From: the human T2T-CHM13v2.0 reference genome, Homo sapiens | Strand: one strand, 5' to 3' | DNA length: 64,000 nucleotides | Assembly (NCBI RefSeq): GCF_009914755.1 | Contig: NC_060947.1 | Shown: piece by piece, positions 1 through 12,762 of the stretch | Layout: the number at the start of each line of letters is the position of its first letter | How positions within the stretch are numbered: position 1 is the stretch's first letter | Program-made: the position numbers and the translations under genes | Notes under the pieces: model-generated | The model's database searches: none | Told to the model about the DNA's origin: nothing | Seen by the model: only the letters and a program-made list of their open reading frames with translations

Positions 1-1949
1 TAGTTTTATCACTAGAGAGCTACTATATGCACAATGACTAGGAGTGAACAACACCGTTGCAAAGAGACACAAGGTCTAAGTGGTAGGCTTCTGTGTACCA
101 GACTCACAGGGCCCAAGATTCAAATCTTCACATCAACAAAAAGACAGATTTCTTCATATATTTGACCTTCATGATGTATTACGAATAGTTAGAGCTACAA
201 CTGTTGAATCCATTAATGCTAAGGCTCTACCATATCTGCTATTTGGGATTAATCTGTTCCTTCTCCATTTATGTATTTCTCCTTTGGATTTTGGTTGCTA
301 ATTATCTAGCAGTGCTTGAGAATTTCTTATGGCCTTTCTTTATAACCATTGTTTGTTCCTTTTTAGGTACAAAATGGTGCTCTGTGGGATGAATGAAATG
401 AATGGTGGTGGGTTGGAGAAAAATGAACTTGTTTTTACACATCCTGCCCATAAATTGTTTAACTTCTCCCAGATGACAGAGCTAAGATTCAGTCCCTTTT
501 ATTGCCTTCTTTATTTCATCCAAAATAAGACAGAATGCAAAAAAAAAAAGGAAAGAAAAAAAGAGGAAATGCTAGTTTTCTTTCTTCTTTATGGTCTGAA
601 TGTTATACTGACACTTAAATACTAGTTGGAAAGATAAACGTTTCAGCTTAATTTCTCCTACTTATGAGTCATTTCTTTTCCCCCTTCTAATCTTTTTGAG
701 AATTCAGTCATCAAAAAGAGTCCAATCATTTCTGCCACTAACTGACTTGTCATTTAATGCATTCATGAATATCTGCCACATGTACACCATGTGCATTTAA
801 AGGGCCTGCTTCAAGCACTGCTATTTATTCTCCTAGAAATGCATCATTACCTAAAGGAATAAACCTTTTAACCTGTATCAGCAATCAAAGAGCTCAAGTA
901 AATGATGAAGTAAATGAGTCCAAATTATAGTGCACTTGGATCAGAATTCATGGACCCCTTTGCCCTTGGCTTATAAATTATCTTTGGAAGCAATGGCCTG
1001 TTTGCAAATAGTGTAAAAGACAAATATGTCTGAAGTCTCCCCTTCCTGGACCCCCACTTTGTATTCAGGTCTGGTTGGGCCAAGATGAAAAACACAAAAC
1101 AGCTCTTTATAAATGCACAAAAATGCATACCCACTACAGGGTTTTCTATAATGCCAAAAATAATGGAAATTATCTAAGAGCCCTTCAAAAGGGGTTGGGT
1201 AAATAAAACATAGTGTGTTCGTAGATTGAAGAGCTATGCAGCCATTATAAAGGAAATATGCTTATTCTAGTAAAAGTATAAAAAGGTGCAAGGGAATAGT
1301 AAAGGCTAAATTCAGTATCGTGGTTACTTTTGGCGAGTAGAGAAGAATATGTATTTAGGGAGGGGTAGATAAGCAGACTTTAACTAACTTCATAATGTTT
1401 AATTTGTTAAGCTTTATGGCAGGTACACAGGTGTTTTTACATTATTTTTATATCTTTCTGTGTATCGAATTATTGATTATTTTTTAATTCCTTGGGTAAC
1501 TAACTAGGAAATGTCTACTGAAATAAAGTCCTTGACAATGTATTTCATTACAATGCTTAAAAATTGTCTTATGTGTCAAAAGAGGATAATGTAATATGGA
1601 ATGAGCATAAATGACTATGGGTGAGATTTTAATCTTAGAAGGCCTTGATTGTTAGGGATTATTTGGGGGGAAGTTATTGATGTGGGCATCAAAGGCAGAC
1701 TAAGTAGCATTTAAAAAGAGGATTGAAAAGCATATATCCAAATTGGTTTAGCAAGGTACTCAGTGATTTTTAGAAAAATTTCAGCTCTAGAATTCTACAG
1801 TGCTATAAAGATAGTGCTGGTAGCCATTTTTACCTGAACTTCTGATATCTTTGACCAGCAATCTGGTCGTCACCATGGTCAAGCCTAAGCTTCAGTTATT
1901 AAGAAAACTTATCTTTAGTCTGTCATGTATAGAGTAATTTGCTGGCTGC

Positions 1950-2760
1950 CAAGAGGGCTAGCAAAATTAATAAGGTATGGACTTTGTCCTCAAGAAACAC
2001 TCAAGTAACAGGGGAAGACAGACACATAGTCAACTCACCCTACTGCAATTAAGCTCTATAGCAAAGGTATGAGCAAATGGCTTTGGGAGGACACCCAAAG
2101 AAGCACTTCGTGGGGGCAGGAAAGGGTTAGGAAAGACTTCACAGAAGACATGACATCTGCTCTGGATCTTGTAGATGAGTAAGGTAATTTAAGCAGAAGC
2201 AAAAGCATAACCAAAGGCATAAGACATGGAAGTGGCTTATTTCAGTGACCAGTGAATAGCCCAGCATGACCTAATCACAGGAGAGTGTAACCAAGATCAT
2301 AAGCACTCTTGAATATCATACATAAGAGTTTGGATTTTTTTTTCCTGTAGGTATTAGGGAACTAGCCGAGGATTTTAAAGAATGAAGTAACTTGATTAAG
2401 TTTGCATTTTGGAAGAATCACTAGAGGATAAATTGAAGAGAGAGATGAAGCAGGGAGACTAGTTAGGAAGCAAGATAGTCTAGACAAAACAACGATGGAG
2501 CCTGACCAAGGGAGGGCAATGGTAATGAGAATGAAAAGAAGATGAGAGGACAGATTTTAAAGTCATTACTATATTAGAAAAAACATGGCAGAATGAGGGA
2601 GTGAGGGAAAAGTAAAACCAAACCCTTTAGCTTGGAGGTTAGGTGGTTTACTGATAGAATGTAGAAGGAAACCCAGGCTTTACAAGGTATATAATATAGA
2701 TTTAGTTGGGAAAAGTTTAATCTGAAAATGTCTACAGGACCATCAGGTGGAGATGTCCAT
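1950..2760 (-). mobile_element. L2 LINE fragment
   Basis: Reverse complement of L2 3' motifs, e.g. GGAGACTAGTTAGGAAGC and GAGTTTGGATTTT..CCTG; boundaries approximate. Confidence 0.6.
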
Positions 2761-2769
2761 CATCAGGGC

Positions 2770-3190
2770 TTGTTTGCTATCTTCCCAAAACACATCTGGA
2801 ATCCAGCCTTTTCTTTCTACCTCCATTGCTCCCACCCTAGTCCAAGCCACAGTCATCTCTCCTCTGGAATATCAGAATAGCCTCCTAACTAATTTCCCTT
2901 TCTTCCACTCTGACCCAACTCATAGTCTATTCTCCATATGGCAGTGAGAGTAATCTTTAAAAATTTAAGTAAGATCTTATCACACCCCTCCTCAAAATCT
3001 TCCAATAGTCTCCTATAACAGGTAGAATAAATCCAAACTTTTTACCATGACCTACAGGGCCCTACAAGATCTGGCCTCTGATTATCCACCTAAGCTCATT
3101 TCCTACGACTCTCCCTTTTTCTCATTTAATTTCAGCCACAGTGGCTTCCTTTGCTATAATTTGTGCAAACCAAATGTGTTCCCATCTCAG
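2770..3190 (+). mobile_element. L2 LINE fragment
   Basis: CCACCCTAGTCCAAGCCACAGTCATCTCTCCTCTGG...AATAGCCTCCTAACT resembles the L2 3' consensus. Confidence 0.65.
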
Positions 3191-3271
3191 TGAAGAGTTT
3201 CACTGACTCTGTGAGGGCTTCCATGAGGGTCTGATTGCCATAAACACAATGCTTAATGTCCCTGGTGATCC

Positions 3272-3360
3272 AGCTGGGCGAGGTGGCTCAGGCCGGTAAT
3301 CCCAGCACTTTGCCAGGTGAAGGTGGGAGGATTGCTTGAGGCCAGCAATTTGAGTCCATG
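3272..3360 (+). mobile_element. Alu left-monomer (FLAM/AluJ) fragment
   Basis: GCTGGGCGAGGTGGCTCA..TAATCCCAGCACTTTG..GGAGGATTGCTTGAGGCCAG. Confidence 0.75.
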
Positions 3361-3989
3361 GTGATAGTTCTGGAAGTTCCAGCCCCCCCTGGAATTATTT
3401 GGGCAGGTCCAAGCAGGCCCCAAGAAAGATGCAACACAGCCGGCCAAAGTCTAGAGAAGAGCAACTAAATAAATAATCAAGAAAGTTGGGGTGGGGGCCA
3501 GGAAACCCCACAAAAAGACATTTGAAAACATGGTATATGTTTATGGTTTCTGCCATGCTATCTCAACCTCTGGTCAAGTATCACCTTAGAATTTTTTTCT
3601 AGGATTTTCATTCCTAAGGACCTAGCTCCCAAGTCAATTGGAAGTTTTTGAGTCATTGAGTCTACAATTCTTTTATAGTCTCCAGAATGACTAACATAGG
3701 GCTAGAGGCACAGTAAGCATTTAATATATGTTCTAGGGACCACCTGAATTGAAATGAAATTTAATGGGATTATATGCAAAATTCAAAAAGGTAAAGATGA
3801 AGGAGACTTGACTTGGCAGAAAGAACTAAGTTTTGGTTTGACCTCAACCTGAGTTGATGGAAAGACTCTATTGACTCTATTATATTCTTCCAGTGCTTCT
3901 CAATAAAAAAAAATTTTGTTGAAAGGATAGAGGAATGACTAAATATATTAATGCAAATTCAAACAGCATTGGTAGAAAATAATGCTCCA

Positions 3990-4260
3990 GGTCAGGTGCT
4001 CACGCCTGTAATCCCAACACTTTGGGAGGCTGAGGAGGGAGATTCACTTGAGCCCAGGAGTTTGAGACCAGCCTAGGAAACATAGTGAGACCTCGTCTCT
4101 ACAAAAAAATAAACAAAATTAGCTGGGCTTGGTGGTGCACACTTGTAGTCCCAGGTATTCAGGAGGCTGATGCAGGAGGATCACTTGAGCCTGGGAGGTC
4201 AAGGCTGCAGTGAACTAAGATCACAGCACTGCACTCCAGTCTGGGTGACAGAGTGAGACG
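3990..4260 (+). mobile_element. AluJ
   Basis: Dimeric Alu with J diagnostics (GGATCACTTGAGCC, GAGGTCAAGGCTGCAGTGA). Confidence 0.9.
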
Positions 4261-4323
4261 AAAGAAGCGAAGGAAGGAAGGAAGGAAGGAAGGGAGGGAG
4301 GGAGGGAGGGAGGGAGGGAGGGA

Positions 4324-4405
<82 letters not shown>

Positions 4406-4560
4406 AAGAAAGAAAAAGAAAGAAAGAAAGAAAGAGAAAGAAGAGAGAGAAAGAAAGAAAAAGAGAGAAAGAAAGAAGAGAAAGAAAGAAAAAGAAAGAG
4501 AAAGAAAGAAGAAAGAGAGAGAAAGAAAAAGAAAGAGAAAGAAAGAAAGAAAGAGAGAAA
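4261..4560 (+). repeat. Compound (GGAA)n(GGGA)n(GAAA)n polypurine microsatellite grown from the Alu tail
   Basis: About 300 nt, almost purely A/G, directly after the Alu. Confidence 0.95.
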
Positions 4561-4889
4561 CCAAACAGAAAAGAATGCTCTAAAATAAGAAGCAAAAGTT
4601 TGTTGTTGTTGTTTTTTCATTCTGTTCTGGTCATTTATTTGGGGTACCGTGTCTATTTCTATACACTCTAAATAGAGACAGACATTACCAACTACAATGT
4701 GCCTACGAGTGGAAAACCAAAGTTGTGAGAGTTCTGGAAACAATATCAGTCAGAGTTTCACCTGATGAAGAGATGAGAAGGGGACATAATAAAGGCCTTT
4801 CAATAATTAAAGAACCGTTGTACATTAAAAAAAAGAACCGTTGTAAAAAGGGACAGAATTATTTTACATAGCTCTAGGGGATAGTACCG

Positions 4890-5047
4890 GGGGTGGGGGT
4901 GTGGATTAAAATACTACCTATTGAATACAATATTCACAAACTAGGTGGCAGGATCCGTACTCCATACCTTAGCATCACACAATATTCCTATGTAACACAT
5001 CTGCAAATGTACCCCCTGTGTCTAAAATAAAAGTTGAAATTGTAAAA
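4890..5047 (+). mobile_element. Old L1 (L1PB/L1MA-type) 3' end fragment
   Basis: ATGTAACACATCTGCAAATGTACCCCCTGTGTCTAAAATAAAAGTTGAAA, a typical L1 3' terminus. Confidence 0.7.
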
Positions 5048-5496
5048 AGGAATGGGAGTTATAGAAAAACAAAGATCATCTCAGAATAAGGAGGTACTTT
5101 CTTGCAATAATTGATATCTCATGCTGGACTGGGCTGACTAAAATAGCTGTACACTACCTTATAATGGTCTTTGATTAGGCATATCCTGCTACGATTAGAT
5201 AAACATAGCAGGATATTGTAGAGGAGATTTTTTCATTGAGAGGAAGGTTGAACTAACAAAGTGTTTTTCAAATAAGATTGCAACCAATTAGTGGGGCCAT
5301 GAAATCCATTTAGTGGGTCCTGAGCAACATTATTTAAAATGAATTAGAATAGAATAGAAAATATCAGAGAGCATCACACATAGCAAGGATGAGTGTGGTT
5401 TTGAGAACTTGTTTTGGAAACAATGTTTACGTATGTATGAACGTGCCTACTAGGTTGCAGTGTAACGTGTTTTTTATTACTGTGGATTGCAATTAA

Positions 5497-5880
<384 letters not shown>

Positions 5881-6383
5881 ATTTTGTTGTCATTTTCTTT
5901 CTTGTGGATTTTGAGGTAACTTTTAAAAGTTTAAAATCTACAATATTCCATGGAGTTAAATAAGACGGTAAATTATGGTTTCATCTATTTAATGCATCCA
6001 TTTTTTTTAATGTTCTCTCTCTGTGTTGTCCTCTCTGACTGTTTGTTGCTGTTTTAATTTTACAGTTCAACGGCTTTTTCAATTTAAATGGTAAAAGCCA
6101 AGTTATGGTGCCATATGTGACGAATGTTAATTGCATGGATGTGGTGTTCTTGTTACTTTTTTTCTCAAAGACAATTTCCCCATCCCGCACACTTCAGTTT
6201 TGAGCAAATGTTATCCTCCATGCCACCTTCCAATATTTAACCCTGTATTTGCTGTACAGACATTTTTATAGCTCCACGTTCTGTGAAATTTAGCCAATTT
6301 GTCCTCTTGTGCTCCTTTTTATACGTTAACGATTTCCTAAGCATTTGTGCATTTTCTTACAAGTTATGTTTTATCGTTTCAAG

Positions 6384-6498
6384 AAATGCTGTTAACCTGG
6401 CAGTATTAAAACTGAATGAGCAAGGCCTCTTGGACAAATTGAAAAACAAATGGTGGTACGACAAAGGAGAGTGCGGCAGCGGGGGCGGTGACTCCAAG
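6384..6498 (+). CDS. GRIA3: GluA3 flop exon (115 nt, mutually exclusive with flip)
   Basis: tttcaag|A AAT GCT ... TCC AAG|gtcagc; encodes [38 protein letters not shown] (flop signature N..N..GGGD). Confidence 0.98.
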
Positions 6499-9400
6499 GT
6501 CAGCCTCAATGTCACCACAACCGGGTACCCTTAGTGACGAGTAATCGGCAAGACTGTTATCTTATTATTGAGGAGAGAGCACAAGACTCACACATAAAGT
6601 GGAATGACCAGGTTATTCCCCTGCCTGGCAGCTTTGGGAACCAAAAAGACTTTAGGGCACTGCCCACATTTTTGATCTAACTTGGGTCCCTTCTTCAACT
6701 CCCAGACAGAGGCTCCAACCACACCCTTTCCCTTCCTTTACCCACCAGTTTGGTTGCCTTATGAAAGCCATGATGTGGGTTTCAATGCCCTAGGCTTTCA
6801 AGAGTCCAAGGCTTTCCTGTGAGACTGTCCCCGCCTGCCTCAGTTGAGTGGTATGAAAAATCAGATCCATCTACTGAAAAATCAGGGCATAGCCTTTTGT
6901 TTTCTAGGTTGTGATGGTTGCTCACAGAGGTTGGTTGGTTGAGTAAGGGTGGCTTCTTCAATTATGTGTCTGAGTGATGAGATGTTGTTCTCTATATGTG
7001 ATAGCCCATTTAAGCAGGCCCCACTTAACTTGAAAGCCAAATAACAAGCTCGGTTTCAAGTTAAATGGGGTCTTTCTTCAATAGGCCACCCCATATAGAG
7101 ACTTTGCAGAGACATTTTGTGTATTTAAGCAAGTGCGTCGCCTAACTGTGATACTATATGTGTGTATGAATCCCTGATTTAGCTTCTCCTTAGCCATGTT
7201 CTTGGTTCAGGTAGGTCTAATTGTTATCCAGGCTGCCATCATGAGAAAACCCATCTTACTTGGCATTCCTTTGACTTCTAATGCTCTTTGGAGCTAGAAT
7301 GAATGAATAGCCATCATCCAAGCAACAAGAAATAGGGGCAAGCTCAGAAGCCGCGATACAAAGTCATGGAAACACACTTCGGGTAAGTACAGGAGAGGAC
7401 CTGAAAATAGAATCCTCCTTGGCCCAAGGGGCATGAGAATTATATTGAAGCATGTAAACTCACCTCTTGTACGACCAAGATCCCATGGGCATCTTAAGGT
7501 GAAGAACAGTGTTTCCCAACCACAGACCAACAGACAGGCAAGCCAAAACTTTTCTTCTTCAGAGACAATGGTTGCACTTCTGCTCCTCTCTTTCCCTCTC
7601 TATCCCTCAGGATCCTGATGGAAAAGTTAGTTTGCCAGTCTGCAAATATAATATGGGTTTGGAAACACTGATCCAGAACACTTTCAAAGAAATCAATTTT
7701 AAAAGAACTTTCTTCAGCAAATAATCTTACCAGGCATTGGCATGGCCTTTTATCGTAAAACCTTGATTAACCAGAACTCACCTAACCAGTACCCCAACTA
7801 ACTGAATTGCCCCTTCAGTACTTCACATTGATGAGAAAGCAGCAATAGTATTCCAAAAAAGAAGACTGCAAGGAATTGATTTTTTTAAAAAATACTTACC
7901 AAGAGATGACCTATGGTTGGGTCACATTCGGCTCTTTCTCCTCTATCTTCTCTCCATCTGGATTGACCCTCAAACGTTAGAGGCTGCTTCCCTGAGGCGA
8001 GAAAGTAGATAGAAGCATTTTAAGAAAAACTGTTATTAGCCAACAATGAACAAAATGGTTGTTCTTATTGAAAATTCCATTCATCCCTTATGGATTCCAA
8101 TTAATCAAGGTTTTACTATGTGTCAAAAAGCAGTAACTTTCTTTCCCACCAATGTGAACTGATGACACTGACAATTTAGCCAAGCTTTTGGCTCATTTCA
8201 TATTTACAATGGCCAACTTGATGGCCAAAGTATTTAGCACCTGTCTTTTTCTCATGTTATTTGCACGGAGAACCTAATTGTATCATTGAAGTGAGTTGCA
8301 GAATGAAAATTGAGCTGGATTGGATGCATTGCTCTCACGAATTCATCATTCATACTCATCATGGTTAAAAAGGAGCCATGGACTGTAACAAGATGACTCT
8401 AAAACATCCACATGATGCCAAGTGCCCAGAAGTTTTCAGATAACCAGACGTTTGATGTTATATAAACAAACAAAAAAATCTGCACATATTTGGCTGACTT
8501 TTTACTTTTCACCCAGATGTTTTGGTACATGAAGACCCCAAAACTTTAGACCAGCTATTTTTTCATTACAACCAGCAATCAAGCTTTTTTTCCCTCAGCT
8601 AGTACTGCTGCAAAGTTTTTTATCAAGTAACTTTATTGACAGCTCACGATTTCCAGATTATCTGAATTTTGATATGCAAATAGAAAAATATTTCAGTAGA
8701 TCCTAAATGTTTTCAACTTCTCTAACCATAGTGCTACCTGCCAGGCATCTTTCAAATCGCTTTCCTTGGTCATTCCTACAGCCAGTCTTTTGAAATAAGT
8801 CAACCCTTTTCTCAACTATGGATAATAGTATGATCGATCAGTGCTGCATACCCAACGATTGCTTATTCCATTTCTGGATTACCAAGAAGCTTGCCTTTGT
8901 CTTCTTCCTTCTTGCTACCTGCTGTTTTCTGAGAGTGAGCAAGAGAAGGGGCAAGAGATGAACGTGAATCTGGTTACCACTACGTATTAGTGATGCAAAA
9001 AAAAAAAATCAATGGAGAAGGAGGTAGAAATAGCAGTAAAACCTCATTAATTTGAAGCCCTCTAATTAATAATTTGTGATAAACTAGACAGGGACCAGTC
9101 TACAAGTTAACTTTATATTATCAGGCATGAGGACAAGAAAGGTTTGTTAAGCAAATGAAGAGTTTAGACTGGAATGTCAGTTGAATTTTTTCTTAAGAGA
9201 ACAAACCCTTTTCAAATGTTAGAAGCACTTATTAGATATAATCATATTCGTTACATATCTATAGGCTAAAGTAGCTCTCACGAGGATCTCCACTAAGGCA
9301 ATGTTTTATAGTCAGTTTGAATTACAAAATAGACTTAAAGTAATAAAATTGTCATTCTTTAAACCTATTTTGTAATGCAGGACTTGCTTTACTCATTCAG

Positions 9401-12400
9401 ACAATCCTTTCCCTCTGTTCCTCCAAATCAGTGAGGTTTTACTGTATTAGCAAAATGGCTTGAGATTTACATCTCTTCATTGTGTCCCATCTCGTTAACA
9501 TGAAAATTGACTGTTGAATATACCATCATTTCACAGAGAAAGTGCGATCCAGAGATGGTGATGACTTTGAGAAGGTCACACAGCTAATGCTGTCATAAAT
9601 CTCTGCTGACTTTCAGAGTCACCTCTTGTGATAATATTGCAGATGGCAATTTAGCACTACCACCTATCCAATGAGCAATGTGAATCTGATTGCAAGCGAT
9701 ATGTTTCCATAAGAATCAGGTTCATTCGCAACTACCTTGGTTACTAGGCAAAAGGCATATTTAAGCTGTTCCAGCCCTCAGTACTGATTACTAAAAATGA
9801 CAATAATCACAACGCCTGACATTTATAAGTGCTTTTACTTTTTCAAAAACACTTTCAGACCTATTATCTCTGAAACCAGAAGAGGGAGAAATACCTGTAT
9901 CACTTATCTTTCTGTCTCTCTCTCTCTCTCCAACCTTTAACTAATGATAAATGGGCAATTATATTAAGTCATTGACTTTTTCTTCCCTGGCATGAGACAT
10001 TACACATTCTGAGATTAGTCTAGAAAAGTTACCATACTATGGAAAGAAACAGCAAATTTTCAGGCTGTCGTAAATGTGCATGAGCTTAAACTAATAAAAC
10101 TAATGTTTTATTATTTTATTTTATTTTTATGGATACAGGGAATTAAAAACAAGGTCAGTCTCTGAGGCAGCCCCTGAACCATACCTACAAGCTGAAACCA
10201 GAATACTCCTTGGCTTTCCCAATTTCCCAAACCTGAGCTAATAGGACCTAAACAAAACAGACTTGATCATTTCTTGATGAACTGTAAATGCACATGCAAG
10301 GATCATGTAAATTAGAACTGTGCTTTGGGAATTTTTAACCTGCAAATCACCCTTTTGTGTTCATGCTTTATTACAATGTGTGTGCAGATGCAGTAATTAA
10401 GAGCCAGTAGGTTGTTTCAGTGATAAACCCAGATCACCAGGGATTTGTGACATAGCCAGTGAAAGTCTATCATTGTAAATCACAGCAGAATGGAGGATTT
10501 ATGTACAGAACTACCACATAGGCACATCAGCCTCCTTCTGCAGCTGCCTGTCCCCTCAAAAGTTTATGTTCTTATCCACCCTACTTCATTCCCTTAATCT
10601 TGGGTAAAGGGCACCAGCTTCGCTTTCCCATCTAGCCTTACCTTACAAGATAGGGTAGGGTCAGTGAAACGAGCTATTTGTGACTGAGGTGGAAAGTTAT
10701 TAACAAACCCTACCCAACCTCACCACAGAATTATACCAGACTTTAGTCCTCTCTAGGGATTAAAATAGACTCCCAGTTTCCATATATTCCAAGATGAAAA
10801 TCAGCACATGTGTGCTCTTGGGAACATTGTAACAATATTTAAAGGGACCATTCTGAGCCCCTTGACTGCAATGATAATTGTAGGATAGGTGGGTGCCTTA
10901 ACTTGAGAGGCATATAAGGAAATGAGGGAGGAGGATGGGATGTGCAATTGAACCTCCATTATTTAAATAAATGGTAAGATGCTCATTATGACTTATAGAA
11001 TATTGATAGAGAAATGCAGTTTTACTATATCTTCAAAAATATATAGGAACTAGAATAAACTGACCAATGTGATGCTAGGAAAAAACATAGGGAATTTGTT
11101 TAAATCGTTTCAAAAAATGCCTGCAATTAAAATCAGTGGTGTTTCCTTTCACATGGGTGCTCTTAAGGTACCTAAAAAGAGTTTGTTCTCTGAAGAAATT
11201 AAAACATGTTCCTCCTCCCTATCACTAGCTATCTTTGTTTTTTTAAATCCCATGCATTTGCTTAGCAAGTCTTCTCTTCAAAGATAGTAAAAAGTTACAC
11301 TCTCGGACAGCCCATTTCCAAAATCCCTCAGCTTCATATTTGGTGGCACATAGATGAATGAGGTTATACTGTATTTCCCATTGGTATACATGAGATCTTC
11401 AGTTTTGTGTGTATTTCTTCTTCTTCCATGTATGTCTACAATTCTCCTCTCCTATGCCACCGTCTCTTAACCACTTCTCTTCCACACCCAGAATTCTTTG
11501 ACTTTCTTGGGCCGTGGGTAATGGATATGAATCTGCATCTGCCTTTGCCTGCAACAAAATGGACCTTTTATTGGCAGGAGCCATCCCTAAAGGTTGACAT
11601 TTCGGATACTCAGGGTTAAGATGGATCCCAATGACTCTTTATTGACACTGTTATGTGTGTAGGCAAGAATCATTACAGATCGATGGCACTTCCTGGGTCT
11701 TAGCAGAAGTTCCTGTGAATCCTCAAGACTCTGGTTTGGGATCGAGGAGTAGGGTGAGTATATTGTGCTCTTCGTTGGTTTGCATGATTCTATGCTGGTA
11801 CTGCCTCCTGGAAGTATGAAGAACCTGACAGTTTTCTTTCCTGGTAGTCACTAAATTTGCTCCTTGAACTTACTCAGGTCTTCCTCCCAAGAGCAAATCC
11901 TCACTTTCTCTCAAGTGACTGCTTCAAGCAAGGGACCTGTTGCCTTAAGAACTGAACCAGTCCAATGGCTGCCAAAACCATTGATTTTGCCAAATGATAT
12001 TAAAGAATAAATTCTACCACCGGAAAAAAATGTAATCCAGAAAGAAAACACTTTTAAAAAATAATTCCATTCTAATGATTTTTTAAAAAATGAACTATGG
12101 CCTTAACATGGTTTCTATGATTAGGACATTATTATTTGCCTTTGGTGTTATCCTGATAACATGAATGTGTTTCTTATTGACAAATAATGACCAAATGTCC
12201 AACACCAGAGCTACAGAAAGAGCCACAGGAATGAAAAGCCTGAAGGTAAGAATGCTGTTATACAATTGCCAAGAGGAAAGATGCCATTGCAGTGGCAGAC
12301 AGTGAAATGGTGTATGTTTATTCCCTTTCTGCCCTTTGAAGACCAAATCATTTGGTTTCCTTTCATTTGAAGAGAAGGTTATACACAATCTCTGAAAGGT

Positions 12401-12697
12401 AGGACAGCCATGGAAAAGAAACATGAAAAATTTGATGCAATTGAAATATATTTGGTGAGGGTGGGAGTTGGGGTTGGTGGAACAGGGTGGGGGCAAATTT
12501 CTTTTACGAACAATTGAATTCCATTCTCTTTTGACTTTCTAGAGAGCGGTATAGCATTTGGCCCTTGGCACATGAGGCTGATCCCCATTGATCAGAAGTG
12601 GCAAAAGTGTTGTCCAAGTGCTGGATTCACCTTTTTGCCTAATTTCATCTAGCATTGAAGCAAATGTTTTTCAAAATATATACCTAAGGCAATGGCA

Positions 12698-12700
<3 letters not shown>

Positions 12701-12760
<60 letters not shown>
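12701..12760. repeat. (AT)30 microsatellite
   Basis: Uninterrupted AT dinucleotide run. Confidence 0.97.

Positions 12761-12762
<2 letters not shown>

Noticed and set aside
4159-4743. Overlapping long ORFs (F/L/S-rich and K/E/R-rich)
   Set aside because: Translations of the stop-free GAAA/GGAA microsatellite and the Alu.
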